Shown in pieces: positions 13,801-25,875 of a stretch of DNA of 64,000 nt. Every line of letters begins with the position of its first letter. Within the stretch, counting starts at the first letter, position 1. The translations under genes and the position numbers were made by a program. The notes below the pieces were generated by a model. The model had not been told where the DNA came from, searched no databases, and saw nothing but the letters and a program-made list of their open reading frames with translations. The DNA comes from Ostrea edulis (lineage: Eukaryota): assembly GCF_947568905.1 (NCBI RefSeq), contig NC_079164.1, forward strand, positions 88,040,001-88,104,000. The letters are read 5' to 3'.

Positions 13801-16800
13801 AAACTAAACCCATTGTCAAAATGGTGTGTTCTGTGTGTACAAAAAACTAAACCCATTGTCAAAATGGTGTGTTCCGGCTGTACAAAACTAAACCCATTGT
13901 CAAAATGGTATGTTCTGTCTGTACAAAACTAAACCCATTGTTAAAATGGTATGTTCTCTGTCTGTGTGCATACTTTTGAAGCATAATTTTGTTTTAGTGA
14001 AACGGATTGCTCATGGTCATAATCTGCATGGCTTATTTGCACTAAAGCACCTTGTCAATAATTTGAAAACTTTAATCTAAACAAAATGTGAATATGTATA
14101 ATATATATATGAAATATAATATGTTGTTGAAGTAGATATTGCACAAAGAAAATTCTAATAGCAATCAATATCTATTGAGCTGTAGTGTCTGAGATGAGAG
14201 ACAGTATTCCTTGAATTCATGCCACTGTTTCTGGCCAGCACAGGGATTTGTGTTATGAGTTCTAATGTCAGATGATTGATGTTGTAGGACCCCAGAGAAA
14301 AGTTAATTCTGAGTTTGAAGCGGGAGATCAAAATCTTGAGGAACGAGAACATCTACCTTCGGCAGCAGGTAAGTCAAGAGTTTTGTACCCTGTCAGGTGT
14401 TCAACATGGGTCACTGAGGCCTGGTATTGATTTTCTAAACTTGTATCAAGTGCTGACTTTAATCTGATAAGGAGGCAATAAATTATTATGGAAAGTTAAA
14501 GTTTGAGATCTGAGCTGTAATTACCTATCTATAGCCATTTTCCAATGTTAATTCTAATTTTACGGACCGATATTTTACTTCCATTTTACAGCTAGAGTTC
14601 CCAGCTAAACCCAAAGGAGATCTACAAAAGTCAAATGATGAAAAATTTATGAAATTTTTAAAGACACAAGGAAAAGGTAGGCATTGAGTGATTGCACGTC
14701 CATAGACTTCTCTGTCTCAAAACAGACATTGACATATTTTAATAATGAAGGAAGGTATATATTCAATTTCTAAATATAAAGGGTGCAAAGATAATTATCA
14801 AAATTGCTTTAATGTTCCTGAGGGTATTGAGAAATTTGCTATGACTGTATAGTGTCATTGTTCTTGTGTCAGAATCCAATGATCCAAAAGCCAATGCAAA
14901 GGGAGGAACAGAGGCCGGTCTTTATGAGATGTTACAGGAATACATGATAGAAAATGAAGCCTTAAGGTAATTTTAGGATACTACCACCAAGAAGTGGCAT
15001 ATTGAAGAATATTTTCATTGCAGAATTAAACTGAAAGTTTCTTCATTAGTAGACAACTCAATTAAGTTATATAATTATTCATAATTGCAAATGAATTCAT
15101 TTCAATCGATTGAGGCCAAAATTTATCTTTCATGTCATCCAACACTAACTTTAGATGCCCTTCCTATAATTTGCAAGACAATGGATTCTTTATACATTCA
15201 GTGCTATTGAACGTGCAAGCTCTGCTACATAAATGGTGGGGGAAAAATCAACATATTGATGGAATTTTCTTCTGTTTTCAGGTCTGAGAATTCAGAGATG
15301 CATCAAACCAAAGATAAAATAAAAAGAGAACAGCAATTAATGTACCGAGAAAATGAGCGACTGTCCAAAAAAATCGAGCAGCTTGAACGGGATCTCTACG
15401 GGTACGATGTCAATTGATATGATACAGTAAATGCACACATAATATGAACTGTCTAAAGAGGGACATCATACTATCTGAAATATTACAATGAATGGACCTT
15501 TTAAAAAAATGTTATATTGATTTTATAAATTGTATGTAATTCACATATTGGAATTTGCTTGTTTTAATTGTGAGCGTTATATTGATTCCATTGATATGAA
15601 AAACTTTTATGCAGCTACTGCTTATGATAATTAATTGACTTTATGGATAACACAGAGATTGAGTTTCATTCAATATCTGCATTTCAAGCCTGCTCAAGAA
15701 AAAAAATCACCTATCCCTTGAACAAGGATATGACAGATCTGAGGTTGAAATAATCCTATTCCTCTGTTGAATACAGCAGTGATTCCTTTTTAACAGATCA
15801 CATGTACATCTACCTGTTTAGTAGTGTAATTTTGACAGTTACCCCAATTTTTTAAAAGAAGTATTATTATGCATATAGGACTAGATGTGATAAGAGCTCT
15901 GTTTACCTACCAACAATTGACATTCACGTTATTGTTTAAAAATTAAGTGTATTTTGTGCAAGAGTCCTGATGCAACTTCCTTATTATTTTCAATTTTAAA
16001 AAAAAATGACGTAGTGTTATTATGATATCATAAACATGCAATTTTGCCACCATTTTCAGTATTTTGACATAGAAAAGGGTCATTAAATTTTTATCCATTT
16101 CTTCTTCTAAGAAACACTGAGCACAAGTGTAGACAAGCTGTATATTTATACCATACAGTGATCTTTGCAGGTCATATGTGACCACAAAAAAAATTGTTTC
16201 TGCAAAGCTGTGCTCTATGTTTCCTGAAAGGAATACATTCACAAAAAGCAGCATTTAACTATAAGCCTTTAATAGCATTGAGAAATGGTGTCACTCTTGA
16301 TGCTATGTAGTCCAATGATACCAGTATTCAATTTTGGTTGTCAAAAGGAATAATCCCAACAACTGTAGAACTCGCTTCCAAACTGACACTATCAAATATG
16401 TTAACAAAATCATACTGTGATCAACATAAATAAATTGTTTATTCTTTATGGCATTTACTCAAGATTTGATTTGCTTTTGAATGCATATATTTAATATCTT
16501 GAAGTATGGAACATGTTACTGAACAATGCTTTGTGTACTCCTGCCTCTGACATGAAATTCTCCCCATTTTTTATTATCAGATGTTGTTGGAGGATGATAG
16601 GAGTCCTTTCCATGACTTAAGTTTTTTTTAAATTTTCTCAGTCGACAACCAGGAGGAGGGGCAGGTGGTTGGCAGAGACAGACCAATGGACCTCCCCCGC
16701 AGAGACAGACCAATGGACCTCCCCCGCAGAGACAAGTCAATGGACCTCCCCCAGCCCGGCAGCAAAATGGGCCTCCTCCCCCCCAGCACCCCCCACCAGA

Positions 16801-19800
16801 TCAGTATTATGACCAGGGACCACCTCCGAGGCAAGGGATTAACAAGCCTCCACCACCTCCTCCAAACAACCAGTGGAAGTCCACTCCACCTCAACGACCA
16901 GTCAACAATAGGGTAGGTCTTCTAGTTAAATCTCTTTACCACCTCAACGACCAATCAACAATAGGGTAGGTCTTCTAGTTAAATCTCTCTACCACCTCAA
17001 CTACCAATCAACAATAGGGTAGGTCTTCTAGTTAAATCTCTACCACCTCAACTACCAGTCAACAATAGGGTAGGTCTTTTAGGTAAATCTTTACCACCTC
17101 AACTACCAGTGAACAATCGGGTAGGTCTTTTAGGTAAATCTCTACCACCTCAACTACCAGTCAACAATAGGGTAGGTCTTTTAGTTAAATCTCTCTACCA
17201 CCTCAATAACCAATCAATAACAGAAGATTAAATGTCAGATATTCAAGAAATTTTCTTGCAAAGCTTGTGATATTGATTTTAATATTATAGGTGGTGGATC
17301 AATATATTCCTGGTCCCTCACCCCAAGCAGGAAGGGGTAAACAATCTACACCACCGAGTGGCCCCAAAAGGCCCCCTCATCGACTTGCAGATCCCATTGG
17401 AAGACCGAATTTGTAAGTGTCTTTTACCTGTCATCGCTTACTTTTCAGTGTATGGAAGACATGTATTGTGTTTTATGTGAACATTCTTGATAACAATTTT
17501 CTACAGACCCCCAGAATACATACAAAACGGAGTGGGAGGATACCCTGATGATGGATATATGTCACCAAGGGGACGACCTTCACCTCTTCACAATGGACCA
17601 TTGAGACAAGGTAGGAGCTATGATCAACTTATTTTATGTAAACTTGGTTTTTCCTTTTAAAGGATTTCAAGAGTTATAGTTTACCTACTAAATTTGAAGA
17701 ATATTGGTTTACTAAAACTACTCATCAGCTGTAAAGCTCTCATTAATTAATTTTCAAATTATCTTTCAAATTTATGATGGAACGGATGATTTTCTATACA
17801 TTGCTTCTGTAAGATGCAGTATTTTTTCCCTTGAAGAATGTAGAAAATAGTGTTACACATGTATAAATATCATAGGTGCTGCAAACAGTTCACTCAGGGA
17901 ATTACAATCAAGGAGATTTCTGCATTTTTCGGCCAATCACCTCAATCGGCAGCAAATGCATAAAATTGGCCGTAGTATGCCAAATTTATCCTCACGTGAA
18001 ATATTTACAGCAGATGTCGGGTTTGATTCTGAATCTGAAATGCCATATGTCCGTAAAATACGAACAGCTTTGGACAGTAAGTCATTAGAGAGTGCAGGAA
18101 GTGGTAGAAAAGTAACGAGTGTAGCGTTTTTCAGTTGAATTATATTTCTGTTCTTACTACCGGTATTATTTTAATGGAGGATTTGAAGTGGTATTTGCCT
18201 ATTATGTTAGATGTAGAAATTTAATTTTAGGATTTATATTTTAGGCAACAATTTCTTTGACTTGCTTTTTATTCTGATTATTCAATTCCGCTCTGTTAAC
18301 ATGCAGCCTCCAATAAACAACCAAAAGCAGAGTGACAAGGGAGGTAATTCAATCGCTGCATAGGAAAATATGGGCAGGTTTATGGGTTTAAAAGTGCTTT
18401 TATATGGTTCCAGTTTTTTTTATCTGTATTGTAGCACAATATCTTATTTTTGTGTAGCACCATCTAGAAAGTTTTTTAATTATTGTTTTTACACATTTTT
18501 GATAGATTTGTGGTATTTAGATATTTAAGAACAAGAGAAATAATCACTCTAAATTGATATCCTCTGATCCGCTCACATAGTTCACTACGCGAGGATCTAA
18601 CAACATCCCCTTTTTAGGCATGTCGGAGCAACATTTTTGTCAGCCAATGAAATTGCTCCTCAGTAGAAATTTTAATTAGTTGTTCAAAAATTTCAAGCTT
18701 AATTCCTTTGTTGTAATTATAGCACCCTTGAGGTGTTGCAAAAGACTGCAAGTTTATAAAGATGTTATGCTTTATGGAAAGTAAAAGCTTAATATCTTTT
18801 ACGAGAAGAAATCTTCATTAGTTGTTCAGAAATTTCAAAATTTTTCTTTGTTGTATGCAACACCGTTTTTTTACGAGTACAGAGATTAGGAATAGAATGT
18901 GTTGTAATTGTGAGAAAATTTAGAAGTTGATTTCCTGTCAAATGTTTTAAATCGATTTGCTACATCATGCTTACACTCATTTGACTAGTGAGAAATCACC
19001 TTCTGGTCAGCTATCACATGAGCTACTACCTATGCCAACATGAAATATGTACACTACATATTTACATGACTCTGAGAGTCACAAATGAACCTCATGCTTT
19101 AACTGCACTGTCAATAGAAAAAGAACTCAATTTTCCTGCACCAGTATGGCATGTAAATATGTCATGATATGTTTAATTTGTGTAACTTACCGTCTGCAAC
19201 ATATTGATATAATGTAAAAAAAAAAAAAATAATCTTCTGACTACAATGTGTAAACAGAAAGTACCGGTACATGTAAACACATGTTTGAAACTCAACTTTC
19301 GAAGTTAAACAGAAAGTAAACACATATGAATCTCTCAACTTTCGAAGTTATAAACAAAAAGTATTAACACGTTTGAAACTCAACTTTTGAAGTTAGCCAT
19401 ACTGTGATTGGTTAGATCAGTCTTTGATTTATTCTCGGGTCACCAGAATCAATGTGATGTTGTTAGATGTTAGTATAGAGGGTATGTGAGCAGATTTTGT
19501 GTTAGATTGGAGCAAGATATACATGTATAACCCCTTTTTTGCTAGGGCTCTTAATGGTACAGATCAGATGATACACCATGATATTCTAAATTTAATGTAA
19601 ATTGTAGTATACATCCATCAATATATGCAACATCCTGAATTGTATCTTTAATCACATCAAAGTAATGAAATATTATGGCATATTAAAATCCAAGCTCCTA
19701 GAGCCCTTCAATTCGCATATGAGCCGAATTACAATAATTACGGACAGTGATGTTTTTGTTGTTACAGTTTTCTACGATGAGGATGATGACATACTTAGTA

Positions 19801-22800
19801 GTCGAATTGGTGGGGCAATTAAAACTTAATTAGTACTCTGCACACACCATTTCAGTTTGAAATCAATTTGGACTTGTGTTGTTTTGTAGAACACTTTCTC
19901 TTGCATTATAAGCACCATATACACATGAGCTGCTTGTTATAAAGTTTTATACAGATGTGTTGATCCTTATGTTCTTTTGTTTGTAGATCATATTGTCCAA
20001 GATAACTAGTTTAATACCAACCAATTTTTAAAATACTGTAAATCAACTACATGTACCATTTGTTATCCAAATTGTCCAAAATACTGTCAGCCTTTTATTT
20101 TGTCAACAATCACATTGTACAAAATACTGTAAATTGGCATTTATTTTGTTAACAACCAGATTGTTTAAAATACTGTAAATTTGCTTTCTAAATTGTTTAA
20201 AATACTGTAAATCATCCTTTATATTGTTAACAATCAAATTGTCCAAAATACAGTGGAACCCCGTTATTACGTTCCTCCTTTAATACGTTAGTCCGCATAT
20301 TACGTTGGAATTTCAAAGCACAAAACCATTTCTTAACAAACCTATATAAAATAGACCTTGTTATTACGTTGTCCTAAGATGCCGGGACTCGGTATTACGT
20401 TGTAAAAATTCCGACGAAAACGTAATAAACCCCTAATTATTCAATAGTGATTCTCAAAATAATAAGCTATTCACACCTTGACTGCCTGAGGCAGTCACCA
20501 CGTAAATTTCCTGGTCTGTTTGGGGATTAGAGACGCTTGACTGATCATGCTTCGATAGATCTAGCGACATCAATACAGGTGAATACCCCGTATCGAAGCC
20601 AGTGATAAACAATTAAATAATGTTTATTTAGAAATTGTACTCTATGAAATTTACTTCATTTTTCATATTTTGATAATCAAAGAAATAATTTCTCAACTAC
20701 CTGCGTGTTCAGCATAGTGTGATTACCTTCGCTATTAAAACTCTATTTACGGACAGCTTTGGTACCAAACATGAAAGACAAGATTTATCGTAGCAATGTT
20801 AAAACTGCTTGGGTAACTTCTTGGACATAGGTGACTAAAGGTGTTCAATTAAAAAATTGTCCGTTGTTTGGACATGCAGCTTGGGTGTTCGTAAATCTCG
20901 TCCATACATACACAAATCAAACTGTCCTGTGTTATCGGCCGATTCGTGCACGACATTTACCTCTGTGAATATTCTAAAATCCCCTGATGCGCACGTGATT
21001 TTAGTTCCATCATTTAGCATTGTAAATGAAATCTTCGTGCATCATTATATTTTTTTATGTGGATTGCGCTTAAATTGTTCTCCATGCATGTTTATCGTTG
21101 GTGAGAAGTGTGTAAGTGTTGGGTATCTTGTGCGTTTTGTGTCTATAGTTTTGCTGTTTTTTTGGATGGGATTTTTTTTTTATTGCGTTGTGTATTGTGT
21201 AATTAGCGAACTTAATAAAAACGATGTTTTGTTATTTTTTTAATACGAATGTTGAATACGAACCGGAACGAGTTATTGAGAGAAATTTACATGAACGCAT
21301 TGTTTTAAAGTTGAACAAAATGGCGGTCCAAACGAATGCAGAAAAGCAACGTTTATCAAAACATCCTTATGAATCCTACACCAGAAATAAAGAAAAGGGA
21401 TAAGAACATGAAGAATTATGGATATTAAAGATAAGATGTAAATAAAACAAAGTATCATAGTCTTTTAAACAAAGAAACAGTAAAGATATATTCACACACC
21501 CCTTCATGGAGTACCAACGGACGATATACACTTTCCAAACGATATTTTTAATGGGTTTCACTGGGAACGTTTATTACGTTGCCCCCGGTATTACGTTATT
21601 TTATCGTGACAAAATGGAAAACATAATAACGGGGTTCCACTGTACTTTAAATCGGTCTTTATAATGCTCACAACCAAAACCATCCAAAATACTGCCAATG
21701 ATCATTATTTCTAACAATCAACCTATATTTTATCAACAATTGACCAAATTGTCTAAAATAACTTAACCAAATTGTCTAAATTATGGTGTGGTAGATTAAT
21801 TCAGAATAGCTATAAGGCTACTTGATCATCACTTTCTGAATCAGATGATCTGCCGAAAACCATTTCAGTTAAAAATCACCCACACGTGACTAAGGATGAT
21901 GCATATTGACAATAGAAGAAAAGAATTGAAGTGTTTTACAATTAATGAAATTGACAATTAGTTTACAGACAATTTCTCTCTTGGTTATTGACTTTTCTCG
22001 TTTTAGTGGCAGTGTTTCTCACTTGATAGCAGTTAGTTACTCTCGTTCATTTTCAGTCAAGTTAAGTTTCTGATGATTGACATGGCTAATAACTTCTGAT
22101 ATTAAACGTGACACATAACAAACATACTGCAGATCATTATAAAAATCTTCATTGGTCACCTGTAAGTAACCATGAATTCTCGTATTTCAAACGTTTGAAT
22201 TTTCCCACTTCTGGAAAACTGTATGGCTCATTCTGCCTGAAACTTGCTATACATGTATATCAATTCAAGGCATAGTGAAACAAAAAATTGTAAATTCTGT
22301 TGCCCCATAATTTAGGGTATGAAAGATGAGGCAAATCTCACCAAAATAATGCAGTCTTTGAAAAAAATGTTTTCTTTAAAATCCTGGTCATCTAACAAAT
22401 AGTTCATATAGTCATAATGAGCAAGCTTGAGGTGTCCTCTACCAAAATTATAAGATTAATGGCCCCTGGGTCAAGGCCTTATGGTGGGACTACATTGAAC
22501 ATATGAATGTCCTTTAAATCTTTAAAATAATCTTTCCTCCTAAATATCTGATATCAATTTAACACTGAGTATGTGCATAGTGATAATGAAGAAAGGGCAT
22601 TTATCAGAATTTTGAAATTCATGGGGTTCAAACACCAAGGAATGAAAATTATATTGAATGTTAAATAAATATCTTTACTGCTGAACACTTAGCTAGCCGA
22701 CCAACTGTGCACATAGTTAATGAATGAAGAATTATGATGAGCTTGGAGACTCTGCCAATACTGTGGTTCATTGTCTTCCATTCAGTCCCCTAGGGTGGGG

Positions 22801-24121
22801 CTGTGTGTGCCCTATACTTCTGTTCAGTCTCCTAGGGTGGTGGGGCTGTGTGGGCCCTATACTGTCGATACTGGGGTTCAGTGTCTTCCATTCAGTCCCC
22901 TAGGGTGGGACTGTTTGGGCCATATACTGCCTGCACCAGTGCAAAGTATGTAGAATATGAAAAATATAAGAAAATATCATTTGAAAGGTCTTGCATAGAG
23001 AATTTGAAAGTGGTCAAAATACTTAGAAAAACATAAATTCACATGAAATGGTAGACATGGTCATGAAAAGCAAACTTCAATACATGCAAATGATACTTTA
23101 TGCTTGTCATGTGTGATCGTCAAAGTTATGATTTCCATTTCTCAGACAAAAGATCCACTTATTCTACCTTTGAGCAATGTTGAACTAAAAAACTCCAAAG
23201 CTTTTTAGTTACGTTTCCATTAATTGTGGTATTAAGGTGACTGTATATGGCTCTGCCTGGCCTCTTATCATGTTTTCCTAACCTCAGATATATTGAAGAC
23301 AGTCGTGATATATTTTGTTTATTCTGCAACACAATATCAATAAGTGAAATAAGATTTCACCTACCAAAATTTTCTCATTTTACTTCTTTCGTAAAGTAAC
23401 AGAAAAGTCTATATATATACCCTCTGTAGTTGAGTCTCTTGGTGCCACAATGTACACTTAGAAAAACATGAGCACATCACAGCAAGATAGAATGCACAAG
23501 GTTATGACGGTCAATTACTTTATTGAGACAGTAAAGAGGATAATCGCAGGATAAATATTAATACTGTGTCTCCATGTTGATCGTGTAATTACAATTTTTA
23601 ATATGTAACCAGTGTAATCAAACTAAACCTATAACCTCATCTTTCTATGCTGATCGTCATGAATAATGGAGATCGGTGGTTATATATGCTGTCGAGAAAC
23701 CTGTTGCTGACCACTGTGTTTTCATTTCAGAGTCACCGCACCGCTACAATGATAGTCGTCGAGCTTCCCAAGTTTCCACCTCAGGTTCCCCTAATGCTTC
23801 ATTAGAGATTTCTCAATTTATTCTAAAAAATACACATATATTAACAAAAGATTCCAATTTCATAATACTAAATATTAATTCCCATTAATTTGTAACTTTG
23901 ATAACAGAATTTTTCTTAATCCTTTACATGTAATCTCATATGATACGTACAGCATTTAGAGTGATATTTTTTGTTTTGTAGACTCCATACGAAGCATGAA
24001 TGCAAAGTTAAAACAAGAAATTTATGAACTGGAAGGAGAGATAGAACACCATCATCATGTGAACCAACGGACTAAGAGTGTATACGGTTCACAGACCTCA
24101 GTCCGATCTGGACCTCGATGA
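6186..24121 (+). CDS. KIF12: KIF12-like kinesin, multi-exon, 5' part of motor outside window
   Basis: Spliced exons give [11 protein letters not shown] (switch I), [12 protein letters not shown] (switch II), [45 protein letters not shown] and [13 protein letters not shown], followed by a coiled coil and a Pro-rich tail. The LADSLGGxGVTLM string is as I recall it for KIF12. GT/AG and phases are continuous from 10743 to 17610. Confidence 0.85.
9030..9245. repeat. 30-bp minisatellite
   Basis: TTTTACTGCATATACACATTATACATTGCA, about 7 copies. Confidence 0.9.
9816..10221 (+). mobile_element. Helentron/HINE-like element
   Basis: 5' TTTTTATACCCCCC..GGGGGGTATA hairpin, GTCC microsatellite, 3' ...GGACAGTTCTAGTT; related copy at 28192-28745 on the other strand. 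Confidence 0.65.
10743..10901 (+). CDS. KIF12: Kinesin exon (switch I to DLAG)
   Basis: tttag|GA ATG AGA...GCA G|gtaatg; [23 protein letters not shown]...[10 protein letters not shown]. Confidence 0.95.
11460..11543 (+). CDS. KIF12: Kinesin exon (SEKVK...[10 protein letters not shown])
   Basis: ttcag|GT AGT GAA...CTA G|gttagt, phase 1-1. Confidence 0.95.
12022..12140 (+). CDS. KIF12: Kinesin exon (NCISSLG...[13 protein letters not shown]...GVTLM)
   Basis: ttttcag|GA AAC...ATG|gtaagt. Confidence 0.95.
12110..12480. repeat. 33-bp minisatellite derived from exon end plus donor
   Basis: CTGGGAGGAAATGGAGTTAGTCGGATTGTTAAT, about 11 copies; aligns to CTTGGTGGAAATGGAGTCACTCTAATG|GTAAGT. Confidence 0.85.
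13678..13782 (+). CDS. KIF12: Kinesin exon (IACVTPS...[19 protein letters not shown])
   Basis: ttacag|ATC GCA...ATG|gtatgt; end of motor and neck linker. Confidence 0.95.
13760..13960. repeat. 41-43-bp minisatellite spanning exon end plus donor
   Basis: AAAACTAAACCCATTGTCAAAATG|GT(A/G)TGTTC, 5 copies. Confidence 0.95.
14288..14368 (+). CDS. KIF12: Kinesin neck coiled-coil exon ([27 protein letters not shown])
   Basis: ttgtag|GAC...CAG|gtaagt, phase 0-0. Confidence 0.9.
14592..14676 (+). CDS. KIF12: Kinesin exon (LEFPAKPKG...TQGK)
   Basis: ttttacag|CTA...AAA G|gtaggc, phases fit neighbours. Confidence 0.85.
14873..14966 (+). CDS. KIF12: Kinesin exon (ESNDPK...[17 protein letters not shown])
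   Basis: gtgtcag|AA TCC...TTA AG|gtaatt, phase 1-2. Confidence 0.85.
15282..15401 (+). CDS. KIF12: Kinesin coiled-coil exon (SENSEMHQ...[17 protein letters not shown])
   Basis: gttttcag|G TCT...TAC GG|gtacga, phase 2-2. Confidence 0.8.
16642..16912 (+). CDS. KIF12: Kinesin proline-rich tail exon with internal 27-nt repeats
   Basis: ttctcag|T CGA CAA...AAT AGG|gtaggt; [28 protein letters not shown]...PPQRPVNNR. Confidence 0.8.
16885..17220. repeat. 51-53-bp minisatellite spanning exon end plus donor
   Basis: CCACCTCAACGACCAGTCAACAATAGG|GTAGGTC, 6 copies. Confidence 0.95.
17291..17412 (+). CDS. KIF12: Kinesin tail exon ([12 protein letters not shown]...GRPN)
   Basis: ttatag|GTG...AAT TT|gtaagt, phase 0-2. 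Confidence 0.8.
17507..17610 (+). CDS. KIF12: Kinesin tail exon (PPEYIQNG...GPLRQ)
   Basis: ctacag|A CCC...CAA G|gtagga, phase 2-1. Confidence 0.8.
17876..18138 (+). CDS. KIF12: Candidate alternative tail exon (cassette to 18076 or 18111, or terminal to TGA 18138)
   Basis: catag| phase-1 acceptor, open reading [14 protein letters not shown]...TALD; internal donors A|gtaagt (18077) and AAA|gtaacg (18112). Confidence 0.55.
19768..19829 (+). CDS. KIF12: Candidate alternative terminal exon ([20 protein letters not shown])
   Basis: tttttgttgttacag| phase-1 acceptor, open to TAA 19827-19829. Confidence 0.55.
20251..21642. mobile_element. Non-autonomous Tc1/mariner-pogo-like element, 1392 bp
   Basis: TIR CAGTGGAACCCCGTTATTA at both ends, TA TSD, repeated TTATTACGTT subterminal motifs, no transposase ORF. 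Confidence 0.85.
23731..23784 (+). CDS. KIF12: Candidate penultimate exon ([18 protein letters not shown])
   Basis: ttttcatttcag| phase-1 acceptor; donor AG|gttccc is weak. Confidence 0.45.
23982..24121 (+). CDS. KIF12: Distal terminal exon ([26 protein letters not shown]...GPR*)
   Basis: ttgttttgtag| phase 1, coiled-coil-like reading to TGA 24119-24121, followed by UTR-like sequence. Confidence 0.7.
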
Positions 24122-24225
24122 CGACAAAATTCCGCTATATCTTCTGTGCTTTTCTCATTGATTTAAGCCAGCCATTGAATTGCTTGGCTGATAAAGTACA
24201 GTGATTTGTGTCATATACCAAAGAT

Positions 24226-24493
24226 AAGTATTGAACTTACAAAACACTTCTGCCAGCTGTCCCGTAGGTTCCTGGCAGTTATCTGGGCATTTTTACATAT
24301 TGCAATTTGAAAATTCTAACATATGGAGGTGATACAGAACGAGCACTAAATTCAGCAGTAAGTATTGAACTTACAAAACACTTCTGCCAGCTGTCCCGTA
24401 GGTTCCTGGCAGTTATCTGGGCATTTTTACATATTGCAATTTGAAAATTCTAACATATGGAGGTGATACAGAACGAGCACTAAATTCAGCAGT
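24226..24493. repeat. Exact 134-bp tandem duplication
   Basis: 24226-24359 equals 24360-24493. Confidence 0.9.
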
Positions 24494-25287
24494 GAACTTT
24501 TAAAAGAATTAAAAATTGCACCTGTTGTAAACTAAAGGCTGTTGAACATAATGGAAGTCTACAATCATGGCTACAAAATCTCAGTTGTACACCGAGTGTT
24601 GCCAGATCCTGGTTCTGCATGGAGTGCTACCGATTCCGTCCTTTGGCCAAAAGGGAGCTAACTCATACATTAGTGTATGTGGAGATGTGTGTGTGTGTGA
24701 TTCTGTGGAACCGTCCTGTTAAGAGACTATTGAAATCCGTCCATTTTTGATGTTTATACCGAGATACTGGATTGTACTATCTTAATTTATTTGTAATGTT
24801 GTTGATTTTTTATATGTTTATCCTTGTTTATTGTTTTTTAAATTCCAACAAGACACATATTTTTCTTTATATGATTACAAGACCCTCAATGTACATGAAA
24901 CTCAGTCACATCAGTTAATTTACACCCACACAGTTACTGCAGTTGGTAGCTTCAGAAAGATGGATTTTCTGACTATTTCTGAATACACTGATTTTCTGAA
25001 CATCACGAGTTCTTTAAAACAACCCAGTTAGTTATGTTAAATAGAGTTTATGTTGTTATTGTTTCCTGTAGATATTGGAAATTTTGTTATTTTTGAATTA
25101 TTGTTAGTTGTATATATCTTCAGTGTAGAATGTTGTTTGAATGTTGACAGATGGACGATAGGATAGATTGAGAGCTTATTTGTCTTATTTATTCAGAACC
25201 TTAAGATTTTTGACACACACACACACACCCTAAATGTTTGTTTTTCCCCTGCATTGTTTTGGACTTCTATCTCCTTTTTAAGTGGTC

Positions 25288-25293
25288 AATAAA
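25288..25293 (+). terminator. Candidate poly(A) signal of kinesin
   Basis: AATAAA followed by GT-rich sequence about 1.2 kb after the distal stop. Confidence 0.35.
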
Positions 25294-25875
25294 ATGTTGT
25301 ATTTAAACTTCGGAGGATAAACAGGATCAGACATGATTTTAAAAAAACTTGCACTTTTTAGATACCCAGCCTTAAGAACGTCAGTCCAAAAGTGGAACAC
25401 AAGTCGCAAAACAAAGCAATTTCCCATTGAAGAAAACTTGTGTTTCCATGACTACAGATTGTATATGTAATATAAAATGATGCTATTTTTGTATTTATGA
25501 ACGATCTAGAATTGTTTTAATATTACATTTTTGATGGAAAATGTGTTAAAGAAAACAACACAAAGAAAAAACCAGATGATTTTGTTTTTCTTTATTACAA
25601 ATTTGAATTTGCACTACCTGCAGACGCTTGCATATCAATATGACTAATCGTGGTCATGCTGTTCTTGCGAAGATTTGTGAAGATGTTCTCCGTTATATTC
25701 CCACGTAAAACTTTGATTAGCTATTGTGGCCACGATTTTAACGAACTTGAATCTGCATTATTTCAGGAAGCTTTCATGTAAATTTAAACTTTTCTGGCCC
25801 AGTGGTTCTCAGATTTTTACAGAACCCATCCTATTTTTCTTCTTGATTATGTCCCCTTTGGAGGGAGTTTTCAGT

